A DNA stretch of 62,884 nucleotides, the filler included. It is 6 parts of 6 records of this genome, joined end to end, with 100 filler letters (N's around TTAATTAATTAA, not from the genome) between each part and the next. Parts side by side here need not be neighbours in the genome. Positions count along the whole stretch, not along the records: positions 32,038 to 49,288 come from SRR31156797_21816; positions 49,389 to 56,689 come from SRR31156797_21817; 4 more parts are not named here. One strand, 5' to 3'. The notes below the pieces were generated by a model. It did not search any database. It was given only the letters and a program-made list of their open reading frames with translations, and was not told the DNA's origin. Position numbers and translations under genes: made by a program. Each line of letters opens with the position of its first letter. The first letter of the stretch is position 1. Of this stretch, positions 42,404 to 52,513 are shown one piece after another.

Positions 42404-43459
42404 ATGAACGTTTTATTGATGAATAATGGCTATCCAAGCGATGCGAATCCACAATACAGTACCTATATAAAATCTATTGAACAGTGCATAAGATTAGCCC
42501 ATCTGACTGTTGATAAGATTGTGTTGGATACCAATTTCAAATCAAAATATGGTAAGCTTCTAAACTATTTCAAATTTTATATTCGTATTTTTTTTTTTCA
42601 TAGCTACGAAGACTATGATTACATTTATGTGAATAATTACCCATACTATTTTCTACCATTAATGCTACGGATCAGGAATTATCCCAATATTATTATTCAC
42701 TGGCATGGAACTGACATAAATTCTCCAAATGTAAAAAGTAAATTTCTTAACATCGTCTCGTATCTATTCCTTCCGAAAAGTTATATAGCTATAGGTCCAT
42801 CAAATTACTTTGCAAATCAAATCATTGAGCAACTTGATGAAAAAAAAATTAAGGCACTTTTTGTTTCTCCAAGTGGGGGAGTAAATGTAAATTTATTTAC
42901 TTCAAATAAAAATTCAGAGAAAGATGAAAGAATTATATTGGGATATGCTTCTGGGCTGAAAACATCTAAAGGAATTGATTTTATCATCAAACTCTCAGAT
43001 GAATTAGAATCGATCAGCAAGAGATCTGGAAAAAAAATATCTATTTCGGTTATAGAATACGGTACAGAAAAACAGCGATACTCTCCAAAGTTGATTAATA
43101 ACAGTAATATTAAAATATTAAGGCCTTTTTCTAAAGATAGAATGTATGAATTCTACAATAGTATTGATATACTGCTTTTTCCAACCAGAATGGCAGAAAG
43201 TCTCGGATTGGTAGGCTTAGAAGCCATGGCTTGTGGAAAGCCTGTTATTGGTACAAATGATTTTTCATTACCGGAATACATAATATCCGGAAAAACTGGT
43301 GAGTTATTTGAATTGGGTAATTATGGCAGTTTTAAAAATGCTGTCTTGAGAACAATAGAAAGACTTGATGAATATAAACCAAGAGAACTAATTTTAGAAA
43401 AATACTCTGAAGTAGTAGTTTTTAACCAATATAAGAAAATTTTTTACAAAAAAAAATAG
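42404..43459 (+). CDS. Glycosyltransferase family 4
   Basis: HGTD and ESLGLVGLEAMACGKPVI (E-x7-E motif). Confidence 0.92.
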   Translation: MNVLLMNNGYPSDANPQYSTYIKSIEQCIRLAHLTVDKIVLDTNFKSKYGKLLNYFKFYIRIFFFHSYEDYDYIYVNNYPYYFLPLMLRIRNYPNIIIHWHGTDINSPNVKSKFLNIVSYLFLPKSYIAIGPSNYFANQIIEQLDEKKIKALFVSPSGGVNVNLFTSNKNSEKDERIILGYASGLKTSKGIDFIIKLSDELESISKRSGKKISISVIEYGTEKQRYSPKLINNSNIKILRPFSKDRMYEFYNSIDILLFPTRMAESLGLVGLEAMACGKPVIGTNDFSLPEYIISGKTGELFELGNYGSFKNAVLRTIERLDEYKPRELILEKYSEVVVFNQYKKIFYKKK

Positions 43460-43560
43460 TGTTGTAGTGTGTTACGTATGGAGTGGTAAGTTTTTGAAAA
43501 TATAAGAATAAAATCTAATTAGACTTTTTCAGGAAACAGGATTGAGGACATAGTGAAGAC

Positions 43561-44532
43561 ATGAAGAAATTTAACGGACCGGTGTTTGTCGTTGGTATGC
43601 CAAGAAGTGGAACTAAGCTTTTTCGTAATCTTTTAAATAATCACTCTAAATTGGCATTTCCTGATTATGAATCTCAAATACTTCCATATTGGTCAAAAGA
43701 ATGGCATACTTTTGGCGATCTTACAAAATTTCAAAATTTCAAAATATTTTATGATGAAGCAAAGAAAAATTCATTTTTTACAAGTATGAAGAAGAAAAAT
43801 TCAAAAATAATTTCAGCAAAAGAATGGCATCAAAATATCCGGGATGGGAGTGTTGCAGAAGTCTTTGAGGTGTTGATTCGGTCAGATACAAGGTGTTCTT
43901 CAGAATCAATTTGGGGTGATAAATCACCTTCATATATTGAACATATTCCTCTTTTAAAAAAAATATATCCAAGTGCAAAAGTAATACATATCATCAGGGA
44001 CGTTAGAGATTATTGCCTTTCTATTAATAAGGCTTGGGGCAAAAATATGTTACGAGCCGCTCAACGCTGGCAAGATGACACGGCCCAAGCGTCACACGAT
44101 ATTATTTCACTCGGTGAAGATGGCTTTGAAATACGTTTTGAAGACTTACTGACGAAGCCAAAAACAACGTTACACAATGTTTGTAATTTTTTGCAAATTG
44201 ATTTTGAAAAAAATATGACTGTTTTGTTAAAACCATCAGAAAATATTGGTGATGCAAAAGGAGCGGTTCAAATTGTCCAAACAAATAAAGAAAAATGGCG
44301 TTCTCAATTGTTACCGACTATTATAAACAAAATAGAAATGATTTGTCTACCACAATTAAAAAAATACGGGTATCCAGTCACTTATCAAGGAAAACATATT
44401 TGTCTATCAGAAAATAAGCTAAAGCTTTACCGCCTACTTGATGCTTTTAATCTGATTTTTCATGACACGGACAATCGAGGGATTTTAAATAACATTGTTT
44501 TTCACCTCCGGGAGGCTAATATTAGAATATGA
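43561..44532 (+). CDS. Sulfotransferase family protein
   Basis: VGMPRSGTK (5'-PSB loop), WGDKSP, IHIIRDVRD and RFEDL. Confidence 0.9.
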   Translation: MKKFNGPVFVVGMPRSGTKLFRNLLNNHSKLAFPDYESQILPYWSKEWHTFGDLTKFQNFKIFYDEAKKNSFFTSMKKKNSKIISAKEWHQNIRDGSVAEVFEVLIRSDTRCSSESIWGDKSPSYIEHIPLLKKIYPSAKVIHIIRDVRDYCLSINKAWGKNMLRAAQRWQDDTAQASHDIISLGEDGFEIRFEDLLTKPKTTLHNVCNFLQIDFEKNMTVLLKPSENIGDAKGAVQIVQTNKEKWRSQLLPTIINKIEMICLPQLKKYGYPVTYQGKHICLSENKLKLYRLLDAFNLIFHDTDNRGILNNIVFHLREANIRI

Positions 44533-44667
44533 ATTTGTTTTAAGTTTGGTAGACCAAACAATTTTAAGGCCTTTCATTTAAACAAAAATATTTTGCAAAT
44601 TTGATGCGATATTGGCGTTTCTTTTTGCGTTACTCAATCCGCGTTAAACGAAGATTCACTAAAAAAA

Positions 44668-46644
44668 ATGAAAAAAATAATATGGCTTCTGCATAGGGCA
44701 TCTGTAATGCCGTTTGGTGAATATGTATATCGGTTTCACAATTTTATTTCTACTATAGTGGGCTTGCTTTCGTTAAAGGTTAGAAAGGCAGTATATTGTA
44801 AAACGTACCTGCCTGAAATTAAAGTTTTAAGAAAATCTAATTTTAGTAATATTTTTGGAAAAGATTTTTTAGATATATTTCCAGATAAATTTAAAACAAA
44901 GTGTATCTTTGAGGCAAATCAAATAACTCAAAACAATATCTCGTTTTTTGATTTAAAGAATTGCTATTTTGGAAATATGATAGATTGGAATTTTGATTAT
45001 AAAAATAAAAAAGCATTTCAGCTACGAGACCCTTTCTGGGGGTTTCATTCGTTTAAGAAAGACGGAGACCTAAAGTACGTATTTGAAAATAATAAACATC
45101 AGGAATTGGTCCGATTGTCGGAAGCATATATCCTTACAGGGAATGAATCGTATGTGAATAAAATTTTAGAAAATATTCAGACCTGGATGCAACAATGCCC
45201 ATATATGCACAGCGTCAATTGGTCCTCTCCTTCAGAGATGGCATATCGCCTTATTAGCTGGACCATTTCTTTTGAAATGCTGAGATCTCATTATTTATTT
45301 TCTGATGATTTCCTGCATCAATGGGCAAAATCTGTTTATCAACATATACGTTTAATAAGAAAAAACTATTCAAAATTCAGTTCTGCAGGAAACCATCTTA
45401 TTTCAGAAGCCACCGGTGTCTTTGTCGCCTCATTGCAGTGGAGGATTTTTTTTAAAGGAAATGAGTTATCTTTTTTAGAATCTGCCCAAAAGGAAGCGTT
45501 GTCAATATTGCTAAATGAAGCCGAGACTCAGATTTTTCCTGATGGTGTAAACCATGAGCAGGCCATATGCTACCAAGTCTTCGCGGCCAACCAATTTTTT
45601 ATTGCCTTGTTCTTTGGACGGCACACAGCTGGCTTATTTCCAGAAAAATATCATGAAAGGCTTCATGATTCCGCAAGATTCTTGTCGGCGGTTTTAAACA
45701 AAAAAGGAACGCCTCCAAAGTTCGGAGATGAAGACAGTGCCTGGGCTTTCCGTCTTTGCGATAGGACAAGTAACAAGTATTTGGATCAGCTATCCATTTT
45801 TGCGGTATTATTTAATGACCCTTCTTTGATTGCCAAACACCCTATATCAGAAACTGCATACTGGTTGTTTGGTTCTCAGGCTATTCACTTCGATCAATTT
45901 CGTGCTAAAAAAATGGTTTCAATCAGTAAAAACAAACAACAACTGAAAGAAAATATTTTTCCCCATGGGGGATATTATTTGGCAGCACTCAATGGTGGCA
46001 GTGAAAAAGAAATTCTGACTTTTTTTGATTTTGGGCCTTTAGGAACCCTAAGTACAGGTGCTCATGGGCATGCCGATGCCTTGAATTTATGTTTAAGCAT
46101 TTGTGGTAAATGGATTTTTATCGATGCCGGTACCTATCATTATAAAAATTCCATAGAACGTAAATCACTTCGTGTAACATCTGCGCACAACACCTTAAAT
46201 TTTGGGAAGTTATCAAGCCAAGATAAATATTGGGGGCCATTTTTGTGGGGGAAGCGCCATAAAGCTTTCGGCGATTCTTTAGGGTCTGGGGAATTTAAAG
46301 GATCGGTAACCTGGCATAGCGGAGAAATACATACTCGTGAAATAAAATTCTCTGAAAGAAAGTTGTTGATTTCAGATTCCTGGAGCGGCAAAAAATACCC
46401 GGCTATCGTATTTACTCTTTCTCAAGATTTGTGTCGCTTTGTTTCACTGAGTGAGGATAATGTGGTTTCCATCCGCGACAAAAAATTTAAATGCTATTTA
46501 AAAGCGGTCTCATGCTCAATTGCTATCGAGGATGTAAAGGTTTCGCCTGATTTTTATCAGCTGGCAGACTCTAAAAGAATTGTTGTTTATCCTGAAAAAT
46601 ACGTCGGTCAACAAACCATTGAGATCAATTGGGAGTTTAATTAA
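44668..46644 (+). CDS. Heparinase II/III family protein
   Basis: GNHLISE, DGVNHEQ, FGDED, HGHADAL, IDAGTY and AHNT. Confidence 0.88.
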   Translation: MKKIIWLLHRASVMPFGEYVYRFHNFISTIVGLLSLKVRKAVYCKTYLPEIKVLRKSNFSNIFGKDFLDIFPDKFKTKCIFEANQITQNNISFFDLKNCYFGNMIDWNFDYKNKKAFQLRDPFWGFHSFKKDGDLKYVFENNKHQELVRLSEAYILTGNESYVNKILENIQTWMQQCPYMHSVNWSSPSEMAYRLISWTISFEMLRSHYLFSDDFLHQWAKSVYQHIRLIRKNYSKFSSAGNHLISEATGVFVASLQWRIFFKGNELSFLESAQKEALSILLNEAETQIFPDGVNHEQAICYQVFAANQFFIALFFGRHTAGLFPEKYHERLHDSARFLSAVLNKKGTPPKFGDEDSAWAFRLCDRTSNKYLDQLSIFAVLFNDPSLIAKHPISETAYWLFGSQAIHFDQFRAKKMVSISKNKQQLKENIFPHGGYYLAALNGGSEKEILTFFDFGPLGTLSTGAHGHADALNLCLSICGKWIFIDAGTYHYKNSIERKSLRVTSAHNTLNFGKLSSQDKYWGPFLWGKRHKAFGDSLGSGEFKGSVTWHSGEIHTREIKFSERKLLISDSWSGKKYPAIVFTLSQDLCRFVSLSEDNVVSIRDKKFKCYLKAVSCSIAIEDVKVSPDFYQLADSKRIVVYPEKYVGQQTIEINWEFN

Positions 46645-46646
46645 GT

Positions 46647-48473
46647 ATGTGTGGCATTCTGGGAGCGGTAAATTTAGATATTGATAACTCTATCCTTAAT
46701 CTTATCAAGAGGCGGGGGCCTGATGATAGTGGCCTTGAAACGTTTTCCTCCCATGGAAATCAAGTGATTCTTGGGCATCGTCGTCTTTCAATTGTTGATT
46801 TGAGTCCGGCAGGTCACCAACCAATGACAACAGAGGATGGCAGATATACAATTGTTTTCAATGGCGAGATATATAATCATACTGAAATACGTGTTCAGCT
46901 GAAACAGTCAGTTTTTCGCGGTCATTCTGACACGGAAACCATTCTTTATGCGCTGTCTGAATTGGGAATAGATGCGGTAAAGTCCTTTAATGGTATTTTT
47001 GGATTTTGTTTATTTGATCATATTGCAGGAAAATTGTATCTGACAAGAGATCCTTTTGGGGTGAAGCCTGTTTATTATTTTATAACTGGAAAACAACTTT
47101 GTTTTTCTTCAGAAATTCGTCCAATAAATGCATTGATCAATGACAATATTTCACTTGATAATCTGGCAACCCTCCTGCGTCTGAGATACCTTCCAGCCCC
47201 TTTCACTATTTATCAGAATATCAATAAACTGAGACCCGGGCACTTTATAGAAATCAGTTTGGGAAAAGAGAAAATATCATACAGGGAATTACCATATATT
47301 GACAGTTGTAATGAACAAAGAAATCTAAGCTATTCTCAAGCCCTGGAAGAATACGATGAGCGTTTCAGTGCTGCGATTCAACGACAACTGATGGCAGACG
47401 TTGAAATTGGAGTGATGCTGAGCGGGGGAGTGGATTCTGCGCTTGTTGCTGCACAGGCGCAGGCGTTTTCTGAGAAACCGCTAAAAGCATTTACCGTTGG
47501 ATTTGCTGAGCAAGCTTTGGAAGATGAGATTGATGATGCCGCTGAAACTGCCGATTTATTAGGTATGGATCACCATGTGGTCCGGATTTCGGACGATGAC
47601 TTTTTTTCGACATTGGAAGAATGTGTCCAAATTGTGGAGGAGCCAATCGCGACCACTTCTTTGATCCCCATGTATTTTTTGTCCGAACTTGCGGCATCCC
47701 ACGTGAAAGTTGTGCTGACAGGGCAGGGAGCTGACGAGCCTCTGGGGGGATACCGGCGTTACCAAAGTGAGCTTCTTTCCCCTTATCTGCCAAATTCTAT
47801 CGCCCGAATCGTTGACAGATGCTTTAAGGTTTCAGGGGTTAAGAGCCAAGCCCTGCTCCGGGGGGCCTCATCATTAGGTGAACCTGATGATATTTTACGG
47901 TTTTTGTTGGCTTACGAAGTGTTTTCCGTATCAGAAATAAAGCGCCTTGTAGGAACGCAAGAGACAGGGGCTGTGAAGTCCTGCAGGTATTTTTACGATC
48001 TTTTGAAATGCCATAAAAAATTAAATTCTGCAGAACGGATGATGACGCTTGATGCTCGCATGAATTTAGCAGATGATTTGTTATTGTATACCGATAAGAT
48101 AACGATGTGGCATTCTTTGGAGTGCAGAGTTCCCGTTCTTGATATCGATTTGATTCGTTTTCTTGAATCATTGCCCATAGAATATAAAACAAGAGTTATG
48201 AAACGCAAAATTATTCATAAAAACTATGCACAGAAATCATTGCCTTCCCGCATTGTACATAGAAAAAAGAAAGCATTTCAATCTCCCACAAAAAAATGGT
48301 TTGGGAATAGCATGATGCTCAAGGAACGATTGTTGGACTCTCAGAGTAAATTTTCAACTTTTTTTAATTTAAAAGAGGTTGAGTCAGTTATTAATCAGCA
48401 TCAAAGCGGTTATAACAAGGAAAGGAATCTTTTTTTGTTGTTAGCAGTAAAGGCCGTTTTGGATGCAAGCTAA
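46647..48473 (+). CDS. asnB: Asparagine synthase-like glutamine amidotransferase
   Basis: MCGI Ntn nucleophile, RRLSIVD, NGEIYN, LSGGVDS and GQGADE. Confidence 0.92.
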   Translation: MCGILGAVNLDIDNSILNLIKRRGPDDSGLETFSSHGNQVILGHRRLSIVDLSPAGHQPMTTEDGRYTIVFNGEIYNHTEIRVQLKQSVFRGHSDTETILYALSELGIDAVKSFNGIFGFCLFDHIAGKLYLTRDPFGVKPVYYFITGKQLCFSSEIRPINALINDNISLDNLATLLRLRYLPAPFTIYQNINKLRPGHFIEISLGKEKISYRELPYIDSCNEQRNLSYSQALEEYDERFSAAIQRQLMADVEIGVMLSGGVDSALVAAQAQAFSEKPLKAFTVGFAEQALEDEIDDAAETADLLGMDHHVVRISDDDFFSTLEECVQIVEEPIATTSLIPMYFLSELAASHVKVVLTGQGADEPLGGYRRYQSELLSPYLPNSIARIVDRCFKVSGVKSQALLRGASSLGEPDDILRFLLAYEVFSVSEIKRLVGTQETGAVKSCRYFYDLLKCHKKLNSAERMMTLDARMNLADDLLLYTDKITMWHSLECRVPVLDIDLIRFLESLPIEYKTRVMKRKIIHKNYAQKSLPSRIVHRKKKAFQSPTKKWFGNSMMLKERLLDSQSKFSTFFNLKEVESVINQHQSGYNKERNLFLLLAVKAVLDAS

Positions 48474-48486
48474 TTTATAGGTATTC

Positions 48487-49245
48487 ATGATGTATAGCCG
48501 GGTTAATTTAATGGGGTGCCCTGTGGATAATTTTGACATGCAGGCTACTATTGCTGAAGCTGAAAAATATATTCTCAATCGAAGACACTGCCAGCATGTC
48601 GTTGTGAATGTAGCCAAATATGTTGCAATGCAAAATGATTCTGAACTAAAAGAAATCATATCCAGCTGTGACATTATAAATGCAGATGGGATGCCGCTCG
48701 TTTGGGCGTCAAGGCTTTTGGGAACTCCGTTGCCCTGTCGTGTCGCCGGGGTCGATCTGTTTCAAGAGCTTGTGGGTGTTTGTGCGGCAAAAGGTTATAG
48801 GCCCTACTTTTTCGGTGCAAGGCAGTGGGTGGTTGAAAAAATGGTGGATGAATTCAAAAAACGACATCCCGGTTTGAATGTTGCGGGCTTCAGGAATGGT
48901 TATTTCGATAAATCCGAAGAAGAACAAATAGCTATTGATATTCAAGAGAGTGGCGCAGATATGATGTTTGTGGGATTTTCGTCCCCAATGAAAGAAAATT
49001 TTTTAAATCGCTGGATGCCTTTTATGCAAGTCCCTTTTTGTATGGGGGTTGGGGGCAGTTTTGATATTATTGCAGGTAAAACATTACGGGCTCCTGTATG
49101 GATGCAGGAGATGGGTATGGAGTGGTTTTACAGAATTCTCCAGGAGCCCAAAAGGATGTGGAAAAGATATGCAAAAACTAATCCTGTATTTATCTGGATG
49201 GTTCTAAGGGAATTAATAAAAAAGGATATGAAAACAACAAAATGA
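48487..49245 (+). CDS. WecB/TagA/CpsF (GT26) glycosyltransferase
   Basis: NADGMP, RVAGVDL, GVGGSFD and EWFYRILQEPKRMWKRY. Confidence 0.92.
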   Translation: MMYSRVNLMGCPVDNFDMQATIAEAEKYILNRRHCQHVVVNVAKYVAMQNDSELKEIISSCDIINADGMPLVWASRLLGTPLPCRVAGVDLFQELVGVCAAKGYRPYFFGARQWVVEKMVDEFKKRHPGLNVAGFRNGYFDKSEEEQIAIDIQESGADMMFVGFSSPMKENFLNRWMPFMQVPFCMGVGGSFDIIAGKTLRAPVWMQEMGMEWFYRILQEPKRMWKRYAKTNPVFIWMVLRELIKKDMKTTK

Positions 49246-49288
49246 AAATTCATCTTATAAAGGGTGTTGAAATCGATAGTGATAAATT

Positions 49289-49388
49289 NNNNNNNNNNNN
49301 NNNNNNNNNNNNNNNNNNNNNNNNNNNNNNNNTTAATTAATTAANNNNNNNNNNNNNNNNNNNNNNNNNNNNNNNNNNNNNNNNNNNN
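49289..49388. other. Artificial contig spacer
   Basis: N44-TTAATTAATTAA-N44. Confidence 0.99.
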
Positions 49389-50213
49389 TGCTGCATTTAG
49401 TGATAAAATATTTGTTTGAAAGGCAATTTGGTCAATTATATTGATTGCTTCATGCACATTTTTTGTGGATTCATTAATATCATCCATTGCATGAACTGTT
49501 TCAGAAGCAAGATTTAAACCTTTGTCAATAGACTCTTTTACAACTTTTCCTTGTGTTGACATTGTCCTTGCAGTTCTCGTATTACTTGAAATTGTTGCTG
49601 TAATCTCTTCAATGGCAGCGGAAGTTTCTTCTATCGCTACTGCTTGAGAAGAAGTTGCTTCAAAAAGTGATTTTGAGTTTTGAAGTAATATATTTGAGTC
49701 TTCTCTAATATTAATAGATGTTTTATATGACTTCTTTAAATTTGTAGTAACTTCTTTTCTTAGAAAATTAATACCTTTAGATAAATCTTTTAGTTTCCCA
49801 CCTTTAAATAGATTTTCATTGATTTTTTTTGTATAATTTTGTTTACTGTACTCTTGAAGAGTACTACATATTTCAGTTACATTATTATCTATTTTCTCAG
49901 TCATGATATTTATAGATTTTGAGATATAGTTTAACTTTTCATTTGATGTTTTTATACTAATTCTATCATCAGTATATCCATCAGAAAGTTTTTCTGTTGA
50001 AAGCATAATCTCACCATATAAAGTTAAATCTTCAGTTTGCTTAGTTTCTATAAGTTTTGCAAGGTTTTGAATAGTATCCATAATCACTTTTGTATCAGAA
50101 TCTACCTCTTCCAAATCTTCTTCTATTGAATTAATTTCACTTTTAATGTATGCATCAATCATTTTTAATGAGCTTAAAATATGCTCGTTTTTTTTCTTGC
50201 TTGAGAAGAACAT
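49389..50213 (-). CDS. Soluble methyl-accepting chemotaxis protein, 3' truncated
   Basis: IEETSAAIEEIT and IDQIAFQTNILSLNAA. No TM segment. Confidence 0.92.
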
Positions 50214-50225
50214 AGGAATTCCTTT

Positions 50226-50609
50226 TTAGTCTAGTGTTTTGTATAAATTTATTGCTTTTTCAATCTCTTTTTGTGTAGGTTTAATTCTTATGGATATGTA
50301 TCTTTTATTTCCTTTTGCATCTATTGAAGGGTATGCTGTTGCATTAACCCAATAATAGTCACCCTTTTTTGTTCTATTTTTAACTATCCCTTTCCAAACT
50401 TTCCCACTTTGGACAGTACTCCATAAATCTTTAAAAGCGGCACTAGGCATGTCGGGGTGTCTAACTATGTTGTGTGGATTGCCAATCAATTCATCTTTTG
50501 TAAATCCAGCAATTTTACAAAAGTCTTCATTTGCATAAACAATTATACCTTTTGCATCAGTTTCAGATACAATCATTGTTTTTTTGTCCAGTTTTATCTC
50601 AGAACTCAT
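50226..50609 (-). CDS. Stand-alone Aer-type PAS domain protein
   Basis: VSETDAKGII, PHNIVRHPDMP and KNRTKKGDYYWV. Confidence 0.92.
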   Translation of the reverse strand: MSSEIKLDKKTMIVSETDAKGIIVYANEDFCKIAGFTKDELIGNPHNIVRHPDMPSAAFKDLWSTVQSGKVWKGIVKNRTKKGDYYWVNATAYPSIDAKGNKRYISIRIKPTQKEIEKAINLYKTLD

Positions 50610-50893
50610 TTTTAATCCTTTTAGACTAATTACATAACAAAGAATATAATTTTTAAGCTTTAATTCAATTTAAAAATATTCTTTAAAATTATTTCAAGGC
50701 TTTCTTATATTATTTATAAGAAAAGAATATCAAAAGTCTATAATGTACATAAGATGTAACTTTTATTAAAAATTATATTACATTGTGTAAAAGTGACTTT
50801 TTTAGAGTAGTAGAGAAATAAATTTTTGTGAATGGGACTTTTATTTAAGTTTTTTTATTTATCATTAGGATTGAGACAAAAAAAAGGGCGTTT

Positions 50894-52228
50894 ATGAAAA
50901 AATATTTATTAACAATTATTTTGACATTGGGAACATATTTTATTGCAAGTTTTGCATTTAATACCCAGCATTCTACACTTTTAGCAATAATTGTATTTCT
51001 TGTAACACTTTGGACAAATGAAGCATTACCTTTAGGAGTTGTATCTTTACTTCCTATTATTCTTTTCCCAAGTTTTGATATACTCAGTACAAATGCAACA
51101 TCTGTAAACTATTCAAAATCGATAATTTTTTTATTTTTAGGTGGTTTTATTATTGCTATTGCAACACAAAAAACAGAATTACACAAGTATATATCAAATA
51201 AGCTTTTGACACTTTTTCCTAATACTCCTAGGGGTGTGTTGTTTTCACTAGCTATCACTTCTGCATTTTTAAGTTCACTTATTTCAAATACTACAACAGC
51301 ATTGTTACTGATTCCTATTGCTATGTATTTAACTGATAATGTAAAGTTAAAAATGAGATTGGTTTTAACAGTTGCATATGGAGCAAGCATTGGGGGAATA
51401 GTTACTCCTATTGGAACACCACCAAACCTAATTCTTTTAGGTTTTATGGAACAACATTCAATGGAAGCAATACCATTTATCAAGTGGATTATACTTACTG
51501 GACCATTGGCTTTATTTATGTTAATAGTTATTCCATTTGTTTTATCAATTGGTGTAAATGATTATAAATTTGATAATGAACTTACTCACGAAGAAAAGCT
51601 TACTTCTTCTCAAAAAAGACTTCTTTATATTTTAGGGTCTTTAGTAGTGGTATTGTTAGTAAATTCAAAAATTGAGCCATTTTATTCTGGACTTGGTTTA
51701 AATGAAAAAGGTATAATTTTAGGATATGGACTACTTATGTTAGTTCCAAAAATTGGATTCTTAGAATGGGAAGATATGAAAAAAGTTCCTTATGAGATTA
51801 TGTTCTTATTTGGTGCTGGTTTCTCTATTGCCGCTGCTTTCTCATCAACTGGACTTGCTCATGAGATTGCAAAATACCTTTTAGAATTAACAAACCTTCC
51901 TATTATTTTATTGATTCTTTTAGTAGCTAGTTTGATTACTTTTACTACTGAGATTACATCAAATACTGCATTAATTTCAATTGCCCTTCCTATAATATAT
52001 TCTTTAAGTGAAGTAGCAAATATCAATCCGACTTTAATATTATTGGTTGCAACAATATGTGCATCATATGCCTTTATGCTTCCTATTGCAACACCACCTA
52101 ATGCAATTGCAATGAGTAGTGGAGCAATAAAAGTAAAAGATATGGCAAAATTTGGATTTGGGTTTAATATTATTGGTATTTTAAGTATTACAACTATTGC
52201 ATTAGTTTATTGGCAATACGCTCTATAA
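50894..52228 (+). CDS. SLC13/DASS anion:sodium symporter
   Basis: SNT, GTPPN, TSNTA and PIATPPNAI motifs. Confidence 0.92.
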   Translation: MKKYLLTIILTLGTYFIASFAFNTQHSTLLAIIVFLVTLWTNEALPLGVVSLLPIILFPSFDILSTNATSVNYSKSIIFLFLGGFIIAIATQKTELHKYISNKLLTLFPNTPRGVLFSLAITSAFLSSLISNTTTALLLIPIAMYLTDNVKLKMRLVLTVAYGASIGGIVTPIGTPPNLILLGFMEQHSMEAIPFIKWIILTGPLALFMLIVIPFVLSIGVNDYKFDNELTHEEKLTSSQKRLLYILGSLVVVLLVNSKIEPFYSGLGLNEKGIILGYGLLMLVPKIGFLEWEDMKKVPYEIMFLFGAGFSIAAAFSSTGLAHEIAKYLLELTNLPIILLILLVASLITFTTEITSNTALISIALPIIYSLSEVANINPTLILLVATICASYAFMLPIATPPNAIAMSSGAIKVKDMAKFGFGFNIIGILSITTIALVYWQYAL

Positions 52229-52372
52229 AGGGGTTAACTCTTTTTTTAAAATAGAAGAAAAGATAAGATTAACATCCTGTTTTTTTGTTAATCTTTTTTC
52301 TTCTATATTATTTGAAACTTTCAATAAAAATAAAACACTCACGAACATCATAATTACAAAAATTGTTTTCAT
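52223..52372 (-). CDS. Putative 49-aa small membrane-anchored or secreted protein (not in the ORF track)
   Basis: AAGGA RBS, then MKTIFVIMMFVSVLFLLKVSNNIEEKRLTKKQDVNLIFSSILKKELTPL*. Confidence 0.55.
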   Translation of the reverse strand: MKTIFVIMMFVSVLFLLKVSNNIEEKRLTKKQDVNLIFSSILKKELTPL

Positions 52373-52513
52373 TTTAATCCTTTTTTATAGTATAGAATTA
52401 TTTGAAATTTTTAGCTTTTAGTATTGTGTTAAGTAGCTTATCAAATCGTGCTATTATTTTAATCATATATTGTTTTTTGTAACTTCTCTTTGTAAAGTGT
52501 GCTATTATTTGGT

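Noticed and set aside
44600-44650. Three GCGTT motifs in an intergenic gap
   Set aside because: Irregular spacing and no inverted arm, so compatible with chance.
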